From NCBI GenBank assembly GCA_943356775.1, contig CALRFU010000006.1, forward strand, positions 1 to 50,497: a stretch of 50,497 bases of DNA, in the 5' to 3' direction. The notes below the pieces were generated by a model. The model had not been told where the DNA came from. It ran no database searches and saw nothing but the letters and a program-made list of their open reading frames with translations. The stretch is from Candidatus Nomurabacteria bacterium (lineage in GTDB: Bacteria; Patescibacteriota; Minisyncoccia; Phycocordibacterales; UBA2100). The position numbers were made by a program, and so were the translations under genes. Of the stretch, positions 36,024 through 45,854 are shown piece by piece; the first letter of the stretch is position 1; each line of letters opens with the position of its first letter.

Positions 36024-37304
36024 ATGATACGAATTAAAGACACGCAGTACCCGAATACCGCCGCGTTCCTCGGCAATGCAATACGTATCGCCGAGTACTA
36101 CGGATTCGCACCACTCGAAGGAATGCAGCGCAATCCGGCGAACACAGGCGCAGCAAGCAGCAAGCGCGGCGTCTTACCGCTTGCCAAAATCGAGTCCGCA
36201 ATTGCGTTTGCACGTCGCGACGAGCGCACACTCCTCTCCTCGGCACGCAAATGCATGAGCTGTCTCCCGACACAGGTAAATCTCCCGTCTGCATCCGCCA
36301 CAGGCCCGATAGCTCCGCCGCACAGCGGTACTTTGCTCGCATGGCGCACGCTGGCAAGTACGACAGGCATCCCCTCGGTCTCCTTTGAGCTCCATGTCGT
36401 CGGCTCGGCGAGCGCGATTGCCGAAGCGCTCCTCATCGTCGTCGCGAACGCAATAGCGCAAGAAGCCGGCATCAATGAGCGCGCACTCGCTATCAACAAC
36501 ATCGGCTCGTCGGATTCTTCGAATCGTTTCGTGCGCGATATCGGCTTGTACCTCCGCAAACACATCGATTCAATCTCTCCCACTCTCCGTCCGCGCGCGG
36601 CAACAGACCCGCTCGGAACTCTCGTGCAACTCATCGAACGCGGACATCCCGCGACACCGCGCGCGCCGCAAGCGACGGAATACCTCACGGAAGAAGAGCG
36701 CCGGAAATTCTGGGAGCTCCTCGAGTACCTCGAGATGTTCGGTTTACCGTACGAATTAAATGCGCACATCCTCGGCAGTCGCGATTGCTGGTCGCATTCC
36801 CTCTTCGAGATATCGACAATGGACACAGAGACGGGCGCACGCATGCCTATCGCATTCGGCGGACGCTATGACCCTCTGGCAAGCCGCTTCGCACGCACAC
36901 CCTCATCCGCAACGATGGTATCTATCACCTGTGAGGTCCGCGGCAAGGCGACCGTAAAACGCGAGAAGCGCGTACCACAAAGTGAAGCACAACCCGCCAT
37001 TTACTTCGCACACTTGGGCGGTGAAGCGCGTCGTCGCGTTCTCGGAGTACTCGAAAATCTCCGCCGTGCATCCATCCCCGTACATCAAGGCATCTGGTAT
37101 GAGCGCGTCGCCGAGCAAATGGCAGCAGCTCGCACGCTCGCAGTACCGTACATCCTCATCATGGGACACAAAGAAGCGATGGAGGGTACCGTCCTCGTAC
37201 GCGAAGTCGCCACAAATTCCCAAGAATCGATTTCCCTTCCCGAACTCCCCAATTACCTCAAACGCCGCCGCATCGGCGCCTGGAAACAGGAAGCCCACGC
37301 ATAA
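36024..37304 (+). CDS. Degenerate HisRS paralogue with a C-terminal anticodon-binding domain
   Basis: YGFAPLE, ELPYE-like GLPYELN, GGRYD and an HGTP-like domain (ILIMGHKEAMEGTVLVRE); class II motif 2 is not recognisable. Confidence 0.75.
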   Translation: MIRIKDTQYPNTAAFLGNAIRIAEYYGFAPLEGMQRNPANTGAASSKRGVLPLAKIESAIAFARRDERTLLSSARKCMSCLPTQVNLPSASATGPIAPPHSGTLLAWRTLASTTGIPSVSFELHVVGSASAIAEALLIVVANAIAQEAGINERALAINNIGSSDSSNRFVRDIGLYLRKHIDSISPTLRPRAATDPLGTLVQLIERGHPATPRAPQATEYLTEEERRKFWELLEYLEMFGLPYELNAHILGSRDCWSHSLFEISTMDTETGARMPIAFGGRYDPLASRFARTPSSATMVSITCEVRGKATVKREKRVPQSEAQPAIYFAHLGGEARRRVLGVLENLRRASIPVHQGIWYERVAEQMAAARTLAVPYILIMGHKEAMEGTVLVREVATNSQESISLPELPNYLKRRRIGAWKQEAHA

Positions 37305-37356
37305 ACACTGGCTCAGGTCTTTGCTTTTCGGGAGGTCCGTGGTACACTCGCGATTC

Positions 37357-37692
37357 ATGTCTATCAATGCAGAAGTATCCAAAAGCGGCAACGAAAGCAC
37401 GCTTTCTACCATTCGCAAATTCTCCCGCCGCGTACAGGGTACGGGCTTGGTGAGAACTGTCCGCGGAGGCCGTTACTACGTCCGCACCGCATCCAAAATC
37501 GTTAAGAAAAAGCGAGCACTCAAGCTCATCAAGCGCCGCGCAGACTACAAGCAGCTCATCAAGGAAGGTAAGGTTATCGAGGCTGCCCCACGTCACGGAC
37601 AAGGCGGCCGCCCATCCTTCAATCGCCCTGGGCAAACAGAGCAAGCATCTGCTCCTAAGCCTGCAGAGACGACTCCAGCTGCCGCTAAGTAA
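37357..37692 (+). CDS. rpsU: bS21-like ribosomal protein with a low-complexity C-terminal tail
   Basis: EVSKSGNESTLSTIRKFSRRVQGTGL...RYYVR pattern; start trimmed to ATG 37357. Confidence 0.65.
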   Translation: MSINAEVSKSGNESTLSTIRKFSRRVQGTGLVRTVRGGRYYVRTASKIVKKKRALKLIKRRADYKQLIKEGKVIEAAPRHGQGGRPSFNRPGQTEQASAPKPAETTPAAAK

Positions 37693-38108
37693 TGTTGGAT
37701 ATACGAACGACGCTCCGTTCCGCCCCTTTTTTGAAAGGAGCGGGAGCTATTCCATATGAAAAAATCGCGAATGCGGTCTTGGGCACGAAGTACGAACTCT
37801 CTCTGGTCATCTGCGGCGATGCACTCGCGCGTAAGATGAATCATAAATATCGCAAGAAGAGTTACAAGCCGAATGTACTTTCCTTCCCCCTTTCAAAAAA
37901 TGAAGGCGAGGTATTTCTCAATGTGCGCGCAGCGGCGCGCGAAGCGCGCCGCTACAAGGTATCGCTGCGCGACCGCCTTACCTTCTTATTTGTCCACGGG
38001 TGTTTTCATTTGAAGGGGCTCTTACATGGGCGTACAATGGAGGAACAAGAGCAGCGCATCTTGCGCGCCTTTCATATTTCATGCAACGGCCACTATACGC
38101 AGGAATAG
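37692..38108 (+). CDS. ybeY: rRNA maturation RNase YbeY
   Basis: MNHKYRKKSYKPNVLSFP and HGCFHLKGLLH; TAATG coupling to the upstream gene. Confidence 0.9.
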   Translation: MLDIRTTLRSAPFLKGAGAIPYEKIANAVLGTKYELSLVICGDALARKMNHKYRKKSYKPNVLSFPLSKNEGEVFLNVRAAAREARRYKVSLRDRLTFLFVHGCFHLKGLLHGRTMEEQEQRILRAFHISCNGHYTQE

Positions 38109-39253
38109 ACATCGGCACCTATCACGTCAAGGTTGTTATTGCGACACAGGGAGATAATTCTGAACTCCCTCTCACCATCATCGGCACCGGGACTGCGACA
38201 TCCCGCGGACTTCGGCACGGTTACATCATTGATAAAAAGGAAGCGACGAAGAGTATCCGCGAGGCGCTCGGACGCGCGTTTGGCGCCGCCAAGGTAAAAG
38301 TGCGCGGTGCCCGCGTCGCGCTCGGCGGCATCGGCCTCGACGAAATACGCTCGACCGGCGATGTTGCGCTGACCGCCTCGGGCGGCATCGTAACGGAACG
38401 CGAAATAGAACGCGCGCTCCGCGAGAGCGAAAAGAAAGCTTCCTCAAAACTGACCAACCGGACAGTCATCCACGCCATACCGCTCGAATACCGGGTAGAC
38501 GGAGCGAAGGTCTTCGGCAAACCCCATGGTCTCCAAGGTACACGGCTTACCGTCGATACGCTCCTCATCACGATGCTCTCACAGCACCAGGACGACCTTG
38601 TCGAAGCTGTCGAAGCCGCAGGAATCGAAGTCGAAGGCGTCATGGCATCACCTCTTGCCGCGAGCTTGGTGACACTCTCGAGAGCGCAGAAGACCGCGGG
38701 TGTCTTACTGGCAAACATCGGCTCGGAAACCCTTTCCCTTGTCGTCTTTGAAGATGACTCCCCCATCTCACTCAAAGTCTTCCCGACAGGTTCATCCGCA
38801 ATAACAGAATCTATTGCGCTTTCATTCAAAATCCCTCTCTCGGAAGCCGAGAGCTTAAAACGCGGAGGAGTGACAGGCAGCGATATTCCGCAGAAAAAAA
38901 TGGCCGTCCTCATCGGCGCGCAACTCAAAGAAATGTACACTCTGGTAAACGCACACCTCAAGACAATAAACCGTCATCGCTTACTCCCCGCAGGCATAGT
39001 CATTACCGGCGGCGGCTCAGGCCTCACCTCAGCTGCAGAGATAGCGCGTGCCGTCCTTCAATTGCCCTCACAAGTCTCTCAGGTCGGGCATCTGCCGCGC
39101 ACCTCGGGGGTAGACGCCACGTGGGCGGTCGCCTACGGCCTGTGCCGCTGGGCCTATGCAGAGGACACCTCGGGGCAAAAACAGGCCTTCAGCCAGGTAA
39201 TCCAGGACGGCTGGGAGTCGGTCAAACAAGCCTTTCGCTCATTGCTACCTTAA
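38081..39253 (+). CDS. ftsA: Cell division protein FtsA
   Basis: AGIDIGTYHVKV, GLRHG, NIGSET, AESLKR, ITGGGSGL; precedes ftsZ; start trimmed to ATG 38081. Confidence 0.93.
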   Translation: MQRPLYAGIDIGTYHVKVVIATQGDNSELPLTIIGTGTATSRGLRHGYIIDKKEATKSIREALGRAFGAAKVKVRGARVALGGIGLDEIRSTGDVALTASGGIVTEREIERALRESEKKASSKLTNRTVIHAIPLEYRVDGAKVFGKPHGLQGTRLTVDTLLITMLSQHQDDLVEAVEAAGIEVEGVMASPLAASLVTLSRAQKTAGVLLANIGSETLSLVVFEDDSPISLKVFPTGSSAITESIALSFKIPLSEAESLKRGGVTGSDIPQKKMAVLIGAQLKEMYTLVNAHLKTINRHRLLPAGIVITGGGSGLTSAAEIARAVLQLPSQVSQVGHLPRTSGVDATWAVAYGLCRWAYAEDTSGQKQAFSQVIQDGWESVKQAFRSLLP

Positions 39254-39315
39254 GACACTCTCACATGGCGTAGTCAAGCTTGCCCTTTTGCTGAAAGTGC
39301 TATTATGGCTTCACT

Positions 39316-40545
39316 ATGACAAAACAAGTAAAACCTGACATTGAGTCGTTCGCACGGATTCGAGTTATCGGCGTCGGAGGTTCGGGAGGCAATGCGGTCA
39401 ATCACATGATGGCCTCGCACGTAATGGGTGTTGATTTCATCGCTATCAACACTGATGCGCAGGACCTTCATAAGAACAAAGCAAAGCGTAAAATTCATAT
39501 CGGCAAGACACTCACCCGCGGACTTGGTGCGGGCATGAATGCCGAACTCGGCAAACAAGCTGCGGAAGAAACACGCGAAGAAATTCAGGAGGCGATAAAA
39601 GGTTCCGACATGGTTTTCATCACGTGTGGAATGGGAGGAGGCACAGGCACCGGTGCTGCGCCGACTGTCGCGAAAATTGCGCGCGAACTCGGTGCACTCA
39701 CGGTCGGCGTTGTCACGCGACCATTCGGATTCGAAGGACAGCAGCGCATGCGCCTCGCCGAAGCCGGTCTCGCAGAATTGCGCAAGGCAGTGGACGCACT
39801 CATCATCATCCCCAACGACAAGCTTCTCGCAATCGTCTCCCGCGAGACGGGCATCAAGAACGCCTTCGCAATGTGCGACGACATCCTCAAACAGGCTGTC
39901 GAGGGTATTTCTGACCTCATCACCCAGACCGGTATCATCAACGTCGACTTCGCTGACGTACGCGCCATCATGCACAACGCTGGTTCTGCTCTCATGGGCA
40001 TCGGTACCGCTATCGGTGAGCACCGGGCTGAAATGGCGGCACGTGCGGCCATCAATTCACCTCTTCTTGAAGTCTCCATCCATGGAGCCAAGGGCGTCCT
40101 CTTCTCTATTGCAGGTGGCGAGGACCTCGGAATGCTCGAAGTACAGGATGCGGCCAATGTCATCACCGAGGCAATCGACCCAGACGCCAAAGTCATATTC
40201 GGTGCGGTCACAGACCCATCACTCAAGAAAGGTCAGGTGCGCGTGACCGTCATCGCGACGGGCTTCCCCGAGCCGGGAGCAGCGCGCAATACGCTTTTCG
40301 CCGGTTCCCAACGCCTTACGTCTACCTCAAAGAAAGACCAGGATGTCCCTCCGGTAAATCCGCGCGCACGTGAGGAAATGAAGAAAATAACGGAGACCCC
40401 GATTGAAAGACCGGAAATGCCCATGGCTACTCCTCACTCGATACGGGATGTCCAAAAAACAGAAATTCCCAAGGCTCCGATTAAGTCCGAGGATGGAGAC
40501 GACGACAGCTGGGGTGGTTTGCCGTCCTTCTTGCGCAGAAAATAA
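39316..40545 (+). CDS. ftsZ: Cell division protein FtsZ
   Basis: [36 protein letters not shown]-terminal LPSFLRRK. Confidence 0.98.
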   Translation: MTKQVKPDIESFARIRVIGVGGSGGNAVNHMMASHVMGVDFIAINTDAQDLHKNKAKRKIHIGKTLTRGLGAGMNAELGKQAAEETREEIQEAIKGSDMVFITCGMGGGTGTGAAPTVAKIARELGALTVGVVTRPFGFEGQQRMRLAEAGLAELRKAVDALIIIPNDKLLAIVSRETGIKNAFAMCDDILKQAVEGISDLITQTGIINVDFADVRAIMHNAGSALMGIGTAIGEHRAEMAARAAINSPLLEVSIHGAKGVLFSIAGGEDLGMLEVQDAANVITEAIDPDAKVIFGAVTDPSLKKGQVRVTVIATGFPEPGAARNTLFAGSQRLTSTSKKDQDVPPVNPRAREEMKKITETPIERPEMPMATPHSIRDVQKTEIPKAPIKSEDGDDDSWGGLPSFLRRK

Positions 40546-40550
40546 GTTTG

Positions 40551-40618
40551 TAGGGAGTAGGGTGTAGTACAATACTCAGAGTGTTTTTTATTTTTGCCTC
40601 ACTAACACCTATTCGCTA
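40551..40618. repeat. Inverted heptad-periodic arrays between ftsZ and trxB
   Basis: TAG at 40551/58/65 and CTA at 40602/09/16, period 7. Confidence 0.65.
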
Positions 40619-41556
40619 TGAACTATGAGTTGGCTATTGTCGGTGGTGGACCGGCCGGTGCGGCAGCCGCCGTATATGCCGCGCGCAAACGCCTCAAGAC
40701 GGTCATGATACTTGAAGAGTGGGGCGGTCAGAGCGGTGTTTCGTCTGATATTCAAAACTGGATAGGCACGCCCTCTATTTCCGGTGCCGACCTTGCCGAC
40801 AGCCTCAAGAAACATGCTCTGCAATACGAGGGAGAATTTTTGACTATCCTCTCACCTGTCCGAGCGACAGGCCTCACGCCCAAAGCCACCTCGGTGGAAA
40901 TCACACTTTCAAAAGGCCAACCGATTCAAGCCTCGACCGTACTCGTAACGACCGGAGCCAACCGCCGCAAACTTGAGGTGCCGGGCGCTACACAATACGA
41001 CCAGAAAGGACTTACCTACTGTGCCTCATGCGACGGCCCTCTCTTTGCAGATAAAGACGCGGCCATCATCGGCGGCGGTAACGCCGCATTCGAGACCGCA
41101 CTTCAGCTTCTCGCATACTGTAAGACCGTCACGCTTTTCAATCGTGGAGAAAGCTTCAGGGCCGACGAAATAAGCGTTGCGGCAGCCCTCGCGCATCCGA
41201 ATATGCATATCATGAAAAACAGCGAAATCGTGTCAGTCGAGGGCGCGCAATTCGTCACAGGTCTGCGCTGGAAAGATGTAAAGACGAATGCGGAGACCCT
41301 TCTCCCTGTCGAGGGTATCTTCGTAGAAATAGGGCTCATTCCGAATACCGCCTGGACAGGTCTGGCTGTCGAAAAGAATACGGTCGGACAAATCAAAATC
41401 GACACACGCACACACCAGACTTCACATGCACGCATCTGGGCAGCGGGCGACTGTACCGACGGTCTCTACCACCAGAACAACATCGCCGCAGGCGACGCGG
41501 TCAAAGCGCTCGAAGATATCTACTTGTTCCTCCGCACGAAGGAACAGGGAATCTAG
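40618..41556 (+). CDS. trxB: Thioredoxin-disulfide reductase (TrxB/AhpF C-terminal type)
   Basis: GGGPAG, TGANRR, YCASCDG (CxxC), IGGGNAA, GIFVEIG, WAAGDCT. Confidence 0.88.
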   Translation: MNYELAIVGGGPAGAAAAVYAARKRLKTVMILEEWGGQSGVSSDIQNWIGTPSISGADLADSLKKHALQYEGEFLTILSPVRATGLTPKATSVEITLSKGQPIQASTVLVTTGANRRKLEVPGATQYDQKGLTYCASCDGPLFADKDAAIIGGGNAAFETALQLLAYCKTVTLFNRGESFRADEISVAAALAHPNMHIMKNSEIVSVEGAQFVTGLRWKDVKTNAETLLPVEGIFVEIGLIPNTAWTGLAVEKNTVGQIKIDTRTHQTSHARIWAAGDCTDGLYHQNNIAAGDAVKALEDIYLFLRTKEQGI

Positions 41557-41559
41557 CGC

Positions 41560-41578
41560 GACGGGCGAAACGCCCGTC
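41560..41578. terminator. Hairpin between the convergent trxB and purH-like genes
   Basis: GACGGGCG-AAA-CGCCCGTC. Confidence 0.6.
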
Positions 41579-41582
41579 TTAC

Positions 41583-42563
41583 TTAGTGCCTGAAATGCCG
41601 GATGTCGGTGAATACCATCGCTATGTCTGCGGCATTTGCCGCATCTATTGAATCCTGGTCTTTCATCGAGCCGCCCGGCTGAATGATGGCCGTCGCCCCG
41701 GCTTCCGCAGCGGCTTCTACTACATCGGGGAACGGCATAAAGGCATCAGAGGCCATGACAGCACCCGTGAGCGAGAGCTCCGACTCTGCGGCTTTTTGCG
41801 CGGCGAGCTTGGCGGAATAAATGCGGCTCATCTGCCCTGCGCCGATGCCGACAGTCGCTCCGTCTTTGGCATAGACTATCGCGTTGGATTTTACGTGCTT
41901 GCAGACGGTGAAAGCAAACATGAGGTCAGAAAGTTCGGCGGATGTCGGGGTGCGCTTGGTGACCATTTTCACTTCCCCATCAAAAACGAGACTGTCGACA
42001 TTTTGGACAAGCACACCCCCCGCGATAGAACGAATCATGACTCTCTTGAGCGCAGGGTCTGGCATTGCTCCCGTGAGAAGCACGCGGACATTCGGCTTCG
42101 CGGATAGAATTGTGAGCGCCTCCTCTTCGGCATCCGGTGCGATGACCACTTCAAGAAATATCTGGACCAGCTCCGTGGCAAGTACTGCTGTCAATTTTGA
42201 ATTAAGAGCGACAATCCCACCGAAAGCCGAGACTTTATCGCACGCGAGCGCACGAAGATATGCTTCGTGCACATTTTCCGCCACCGCGACGCCGCACGGA
42301 TTCATGTGCTTCACGATAACGACTGCAGGCTCGTCAAACTCGGCGACACACTCAAATGCAGCATCCGCGTCCTGGAGATTGTTGTAGCTGAGCTCTTTGC
42401 CCTGGACCTTGCGGGCTGTCGCCACTCCCGGGCGCTTATCCTCCGGGTTGAGGTACAGAGCCCCGCCCTGGTGGGGATTCTCTCCGTAACGGAGAGACTC
42501 ACTGCGTTTCAAATTAAGCTTCAGTTCCTCCGGAAAATCCGCGTCTTCGGCGTTCATCGCCAT
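41583..42563 (-). CDS. purH: PurH AICAR-transformylase domain only, IMP cyclohydrolase domain absent
   Basis: LRYGENPHQ near the N-terminus, [44 protein letters not shown]. Confidence 0.88.
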   Translation of the reverse strand: MAMNAEDADFPEELKLNLKRSESLRYGENPHQGGALYLNPEDKRPGVATARKVQGKELSYNNLQDADAAFECVAEFDEPAVVIVKHMNPCGVAVAENVHEAYLRALACDKVSAFGGIVALNSKLTAVLATELVQIFLEVVIAPDAEEEALTILSAKPNVRVLLTGAMPDPALKRVMIRSIAGGVLVQNVDSLVFDGEVKMVTKRTPTSAELSDLMFAFTVCKHVKSNAIVYAKDGATVGIGAGQMSRIYSAKLAAQKAAESELSLTGAVMASDAFMPFPDVVEAAAEAGATAIIQPGGSMKDQDSIDAANAADIAMVFTDIRHFRH

Positions 42564-42903
42564 AGCTTATCATAGCGAGCGCAAAAGGTATTGCAGCTAT
42601 CGACAGGTCGCGGAAAAGCACTTGGAAATTGGTGGGATTGAATACGACGATGCCAAGAAGCATCGCGGTCGCAGCGACAGACGGCCAGAATATCCTCCAT
42701 CCCGAAAGAATCCAGAGCGCGATGACGACTTCAATCACTCCAAACGTGTAAAGAAGTACGTCGTCGGGTACATAGCCTTGCACAAACGGGGGAAAGTACC
42801 CTATCCACGCATACGGGTCGGAAAGGGCATTTATCGGCGGATACAAGAAGGCGAATGCCGTTCCTATCCTCAACGTTAGGTGCGCAACCTTTTCGACATT
42901 CAT
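42514..42903 (-). CDS. DoxX-family membrane protein
   Basis: [32 protein letters not shown]; start trimmed to ATG 42903. Confidence 0.8.
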   Translation of the reverse strand: MNVEKVAHLTLRIGTAFAFLYPPINALSDPYAWIGYFPPFVQGYVPDDVLLYTFGVIEVVIALWILSGWRIFWPSVAATAMLLGIVVFNPTNFQVLFRDLSIAAIPFALAMISYGDERRRRGFSGGTEA

Positions 42904-42904
42904 G

Positions 42905-43408
42905 CTAATCCACCACAACTACTTTGCCACCAAGGTTTGCGTTGGTATGGTCGTGGTAGTTCCAGGTACCCGTTTTGGTGAAGGTGAAGATGAAGTTCGC
43001 TCCTGGCATACATTGATCAAACGCTCCTCCTGCTGAGTCTGGACAATGCTGTTGACGGGTCGTGTTGCTGTAGATTGTATGCTGCGGATGCAGATCAGAG
43101 GCGACCCACATATTTCCCCCCGTGCTCGTAAAAGTGACTTTACCGCCTTTCGCAATGGTCACCGTAGAAGGCGAAAACGCATCGCCGTTGAATGTGACGG
43201 TCGCTGACAGGGGCGCAGTATTCACGTCCACCTCGACACCAACTTGCGTCCTTGTGTCCGCGGACGTCGCAGGGGTCGTGTTTGTCTCTTCACTCGTCGT
43301 TGTAGTGTCAACGACAGGCGCTTCTACCGGCTGACTTGTGAACCACCAGACACCGCCCACGATAACGACTACTGCGACGATTGCTCCTGTCCATGCATTT
43401 TGTGACAT
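42905..43408 (-). CDS. Membrane-anchored cupredoxin-fold protein
   Basis: TM anchor, T-rich linker, FSPSTVTIAKGGKVTF, ASDLHPQH, FTFTKTGTWNYHDH. Confidence 0.8.
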   Translation of the reverse strand: MSQNAWTGAIVAVVVIVGGVWWFTSQPVEAPVVDTTTTSEETNTTPATSADTRTQVGVEVDVNTAPLSATVTFNGDAFSPSTVTIAKGGKVTFTSTGGNMWVASDLHPQHTIYSNTTRQQHCPDSAGGAFDQCMPGANFIFTFTKTGTWNYHDHTNANLGGKVVVVD

Positions 43409-43466
43409 AGAAAGTATCCCTGTTATTTTTTAAGTACTGTCTCTTCTCTCATAATACAACGAACTT

Positions 43467-44096
43467 CTACTGATTCTTTCTTGCCAAAAAATCCTTCCCG
43501 TGTCCTACATCAGTATTAATGGGAATCCCCCGCTCACAGAGCTCACAGCTTGATTCAGGCCACTGTTCGAGCTGGACGGTAAGGAGCGATATGAATTCGG
43601 GAGGATTGCCGACCGCCTCCTGTGTTACATTCCCGCGATTACAAACGGCGACCGCCCCGATGACATTGCCGCCGGCTATGCGCACAGCACCAATGGTCTT
43701 CCGGAGCGACCCTCCGGTTGTCACAAGATCTTCTACCACAAGCACATTCTTACCCTTGATGATCTCATCATATCCACGCTTGATGGCGAACCCATCGCCG
43801 TCTTTGTCCGCATAGGCGCCGTACACTTCGCGTCCCTCCAATTCAGAAAGATGATACGCAACCCACTGCGAGAGGATGATGCCTCCCGTGGCCGGACCAA
43901 CGACTGCGCCGACATTCTTACCCACAAACCGTTCGGCAATACTTTTGCAGAGCCTGGACATCTCGCGCGTGTACGGATACATCGCGTTCTTATTTACATA
44001 CGTATCCGCATGCAGGCCGGAGACGAATACGAAATGCCCCGCACGGAAAGCGCCGACATCCTGCAACAATGTAAGTACTTCGTCTTCGTTCATCAT
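43467..44096 (-). CDS. pyrE: Orotate phosphoribosyltransferase
   Basis: GHFVFVSGLHADTY and the PRPP motif VLVVEDLVTTGGS; adjacent to pyrF. Confidence 0.88.
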   Translation of the reverse strand: MMNEDEVLTLLQDVGAFRAGHFVFVSGLHADTYVNKNAMYPYTREMSRLCKSIAERFVGKNVGAVVGPATGGIILSQWVAYHLSELEGREVYGAYADKDGDGFAIKRGYDEIIKGKNVLVVEDLVTTGGSLRKTIGAVRIAGGNVIGAVAVCNRGNVTQEAVGNPPEFISLLTVQLEQWPESSCELCERGIPINTDVGHGKDFLARKNQ

Positions 44097-44114
44097 ATTC
44101 CTGTTCTCAACATA

Positions 44115-44942
44115 TTATAACGCCGCGCGGATTGCGCTATCGAGCTCTGTGGTTTTCTTTCGAGCAGCCTCGGCAAAGCCCGAACCGTTTGATGCATACA
44201 AGATTACACGTCCTGTAGAGAGTATGAATCCGCGACCATGTGCGTCCTTCCCGTTCTTTACGGATTGCTCCAAATCTCCTCCCTGCACTCCGATACCGGG
44301 TATGAGAAGAGGCATCTCCGGAGTAGCCTCGCGAACGCGTTTGATATCCGCCGGGTAGGTCGCACCGACAACAAGTCCGCAATTATTGTTTGTGTTCCAT
44401 TTCTCCGCGAAAGCGCGGGCAACGTGGATGTATATCGGTTGTCCATCCACTTCCAGATCTTGGAATTCTCCCGAGCCTGGATTCGAGTTCTTGCACATGA
44501 CAAAGATGCCTTTTTCCTTCCGTGCCAAAAATTCTTTAATCGACTCTCCCCCCATATACGGGTGAACGGTAATGGCATCCGCATGCAAATGGTTGAATGC
44601 AGATGCGACGTAGCCATTGTTCGTGTTGCCGATGTCGGCGCGCTTGGCATCAAGAATGACAGGTACATCGGGTGCCGTGTCATTGATGTATTGGATAGTG
44701 GCACGAAGCGCCTTCCAACCTTCATCACCATGAGCTTCATAGAATGCAGAATTGGGCTTGTACGCGCAGACGAGGTCGCGCGTCGCGTCGATGATGGCAC
44801 GATTGAAAGCAAGTATTGTCTCGCCTACCCCCGCCTGCCGAGCGGCTTCAGGAATCTTCTCAAAATCGCTATCGAGCCCCACACAAAGAAACTTACCCTG
44901 TTCCCATTGGGCTTCCAAGAGCTGCCTGAAATCACGGCTCAT
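44115..44942 (-). CDS. pyrF: Orotidine-5'-phosphate decarboxylase
   Basis: LCVGLD, YKPNSAFYE, ILDAKRADIGNT, HPYMG, LVVGATYP, LIPGIGVQGG; start 44942 or 44960. Confidence 0.93.
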   Translation of the reverse strand: MSRDFRQLLEAQWEQGKFLCVGLDSDFEKIPEAARQAGVGETILAFNRAIIDATRDLVCAYKPNSAFYEAHGDEGWKALRATIQYINDTAPDVPVILDAKRADIGNTNNGYVASAFNHLHADAITVHPYMGGESIKEFLARKEKGIFVMCKNSNPGSGEFQDLEVDGQPIYIHVARAFAEKWNTNNNCGLVVGATYPADIKRVREATPEMPLLIPGIGVQGGDLEQSVKNGKDAHGRGFILSTGRVILYASNGSGFAEAARKKTTELDSAIRAAL

Positions 44943-45041
44943 TGGGCCCCATATTACCATCCCTCATGAAAATATACAGCCGGCATTCACTTTGAGTGAA
45001 TGCCGGCTACGATAGCACTACCGTACTGAAGGACAGAAACT

Positions 45042-45854
45042 TCAAACTTGAATAGGCATGCCGACTTTTAGCCTAAGTTTCTTGGCGGCACTACCACCTT
45101 GAACTACGAGTTCCATGAAGCGATTCGTACCATAGCCGGAACTACCGACAACCCACGCAGGCTTTCCGTCGTCCGGAACATCCGAGAGACGGGGAAGAGC
45201 CTTGTATCGAAGAATGCCTCTTCGGTGCTTGCCCGAGCTACGGAGAGATTCAAACTCGCTCGACAGCAATGTTGTTTTCACGTTGCCGAAACAATCAACG
45301 AACCATACGAAGTGTTTCCCTTGTACTCCAGCGACCAAGGCATCGATTGATTCATCACTCGCGGGAATAGTAGAGCGATCGGATGCCCATATCCATTTGC
45401 CCGAGCGTGGAGCGAAGAAAAGGCTTCGGAATTGCGTTCGGCGTACCTCATCGGCTTCGATTTTGCTTATGAGATTTTGCTCAACTCCCCATGACATCAC
45501 GCGGGAGATGTCCATGACGTTGACTCTTGTCGCAAGTCCAAGTTTTGCAACGAGCGAGAGCGTCTCTGGGCCTATGGTCGTCACGACCAAGGTTTTCCTG
45601 ACACGGAAATAGCCGAACGGTACCCCGTTATCCCACTTCTTTTTCGCCTCGCCGTTGCGCGGAGCGACGTTGACGAAGATGATGCCCTTGCTACCTGCGG
45701 TAACATCAAGCGCATCTATCAATAGACCTGCCGCCTCAATCTCACAACGAGCTTGAGACAAGAAGGGGGTACCGCCGAAGAGAACATTGCCTTGTAGCCT
45801 AAGCCGTAAAGCAGCGTCTGCATCAGCGCAATCGGTTATAAATACTATAAACAT
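45042..45854 (-). CDS. SAM hydroxide-adenosyltransferase/fluorinase family protein (DUF62)
   Basis: FITD start, VNVAPR, FRS...APR, VDCFGNVKT, GSSG, MELVVQGGSAAKKL; start trimmed to ATG 45854. Confidence 0.8.
   Translation of the reverse strand: MFIVFITDCADADAALRLRLQGNVLFGGTPFLSQARCEIEAAGLLIDALDVTAGSKGIIFVNVAPRNGEAKKKWDNGVPFGYFRVRKTLVVTTIGPETLSLVAKLGLATRVNVMDISRVMSWGVEQNLISKIEADEVRRTQFRSLFFAPRSGKWIWASDRSTIPASDESIDALVAGVQGKHFVWFVDCFGNVKTTLLSSEFESLRSSGKHRRGILRYKALPRLSDVPDDGKPAWVVGSSGYGTNRFMELVVQGGSAAKKLRLKVGMPIQV

Noticed and set aside
36982-37356. Long upstream extension of the bS21-like ORF
   Set aside because: It overlaps the HisRS paralogue in another frame; the real start is likely 37357.
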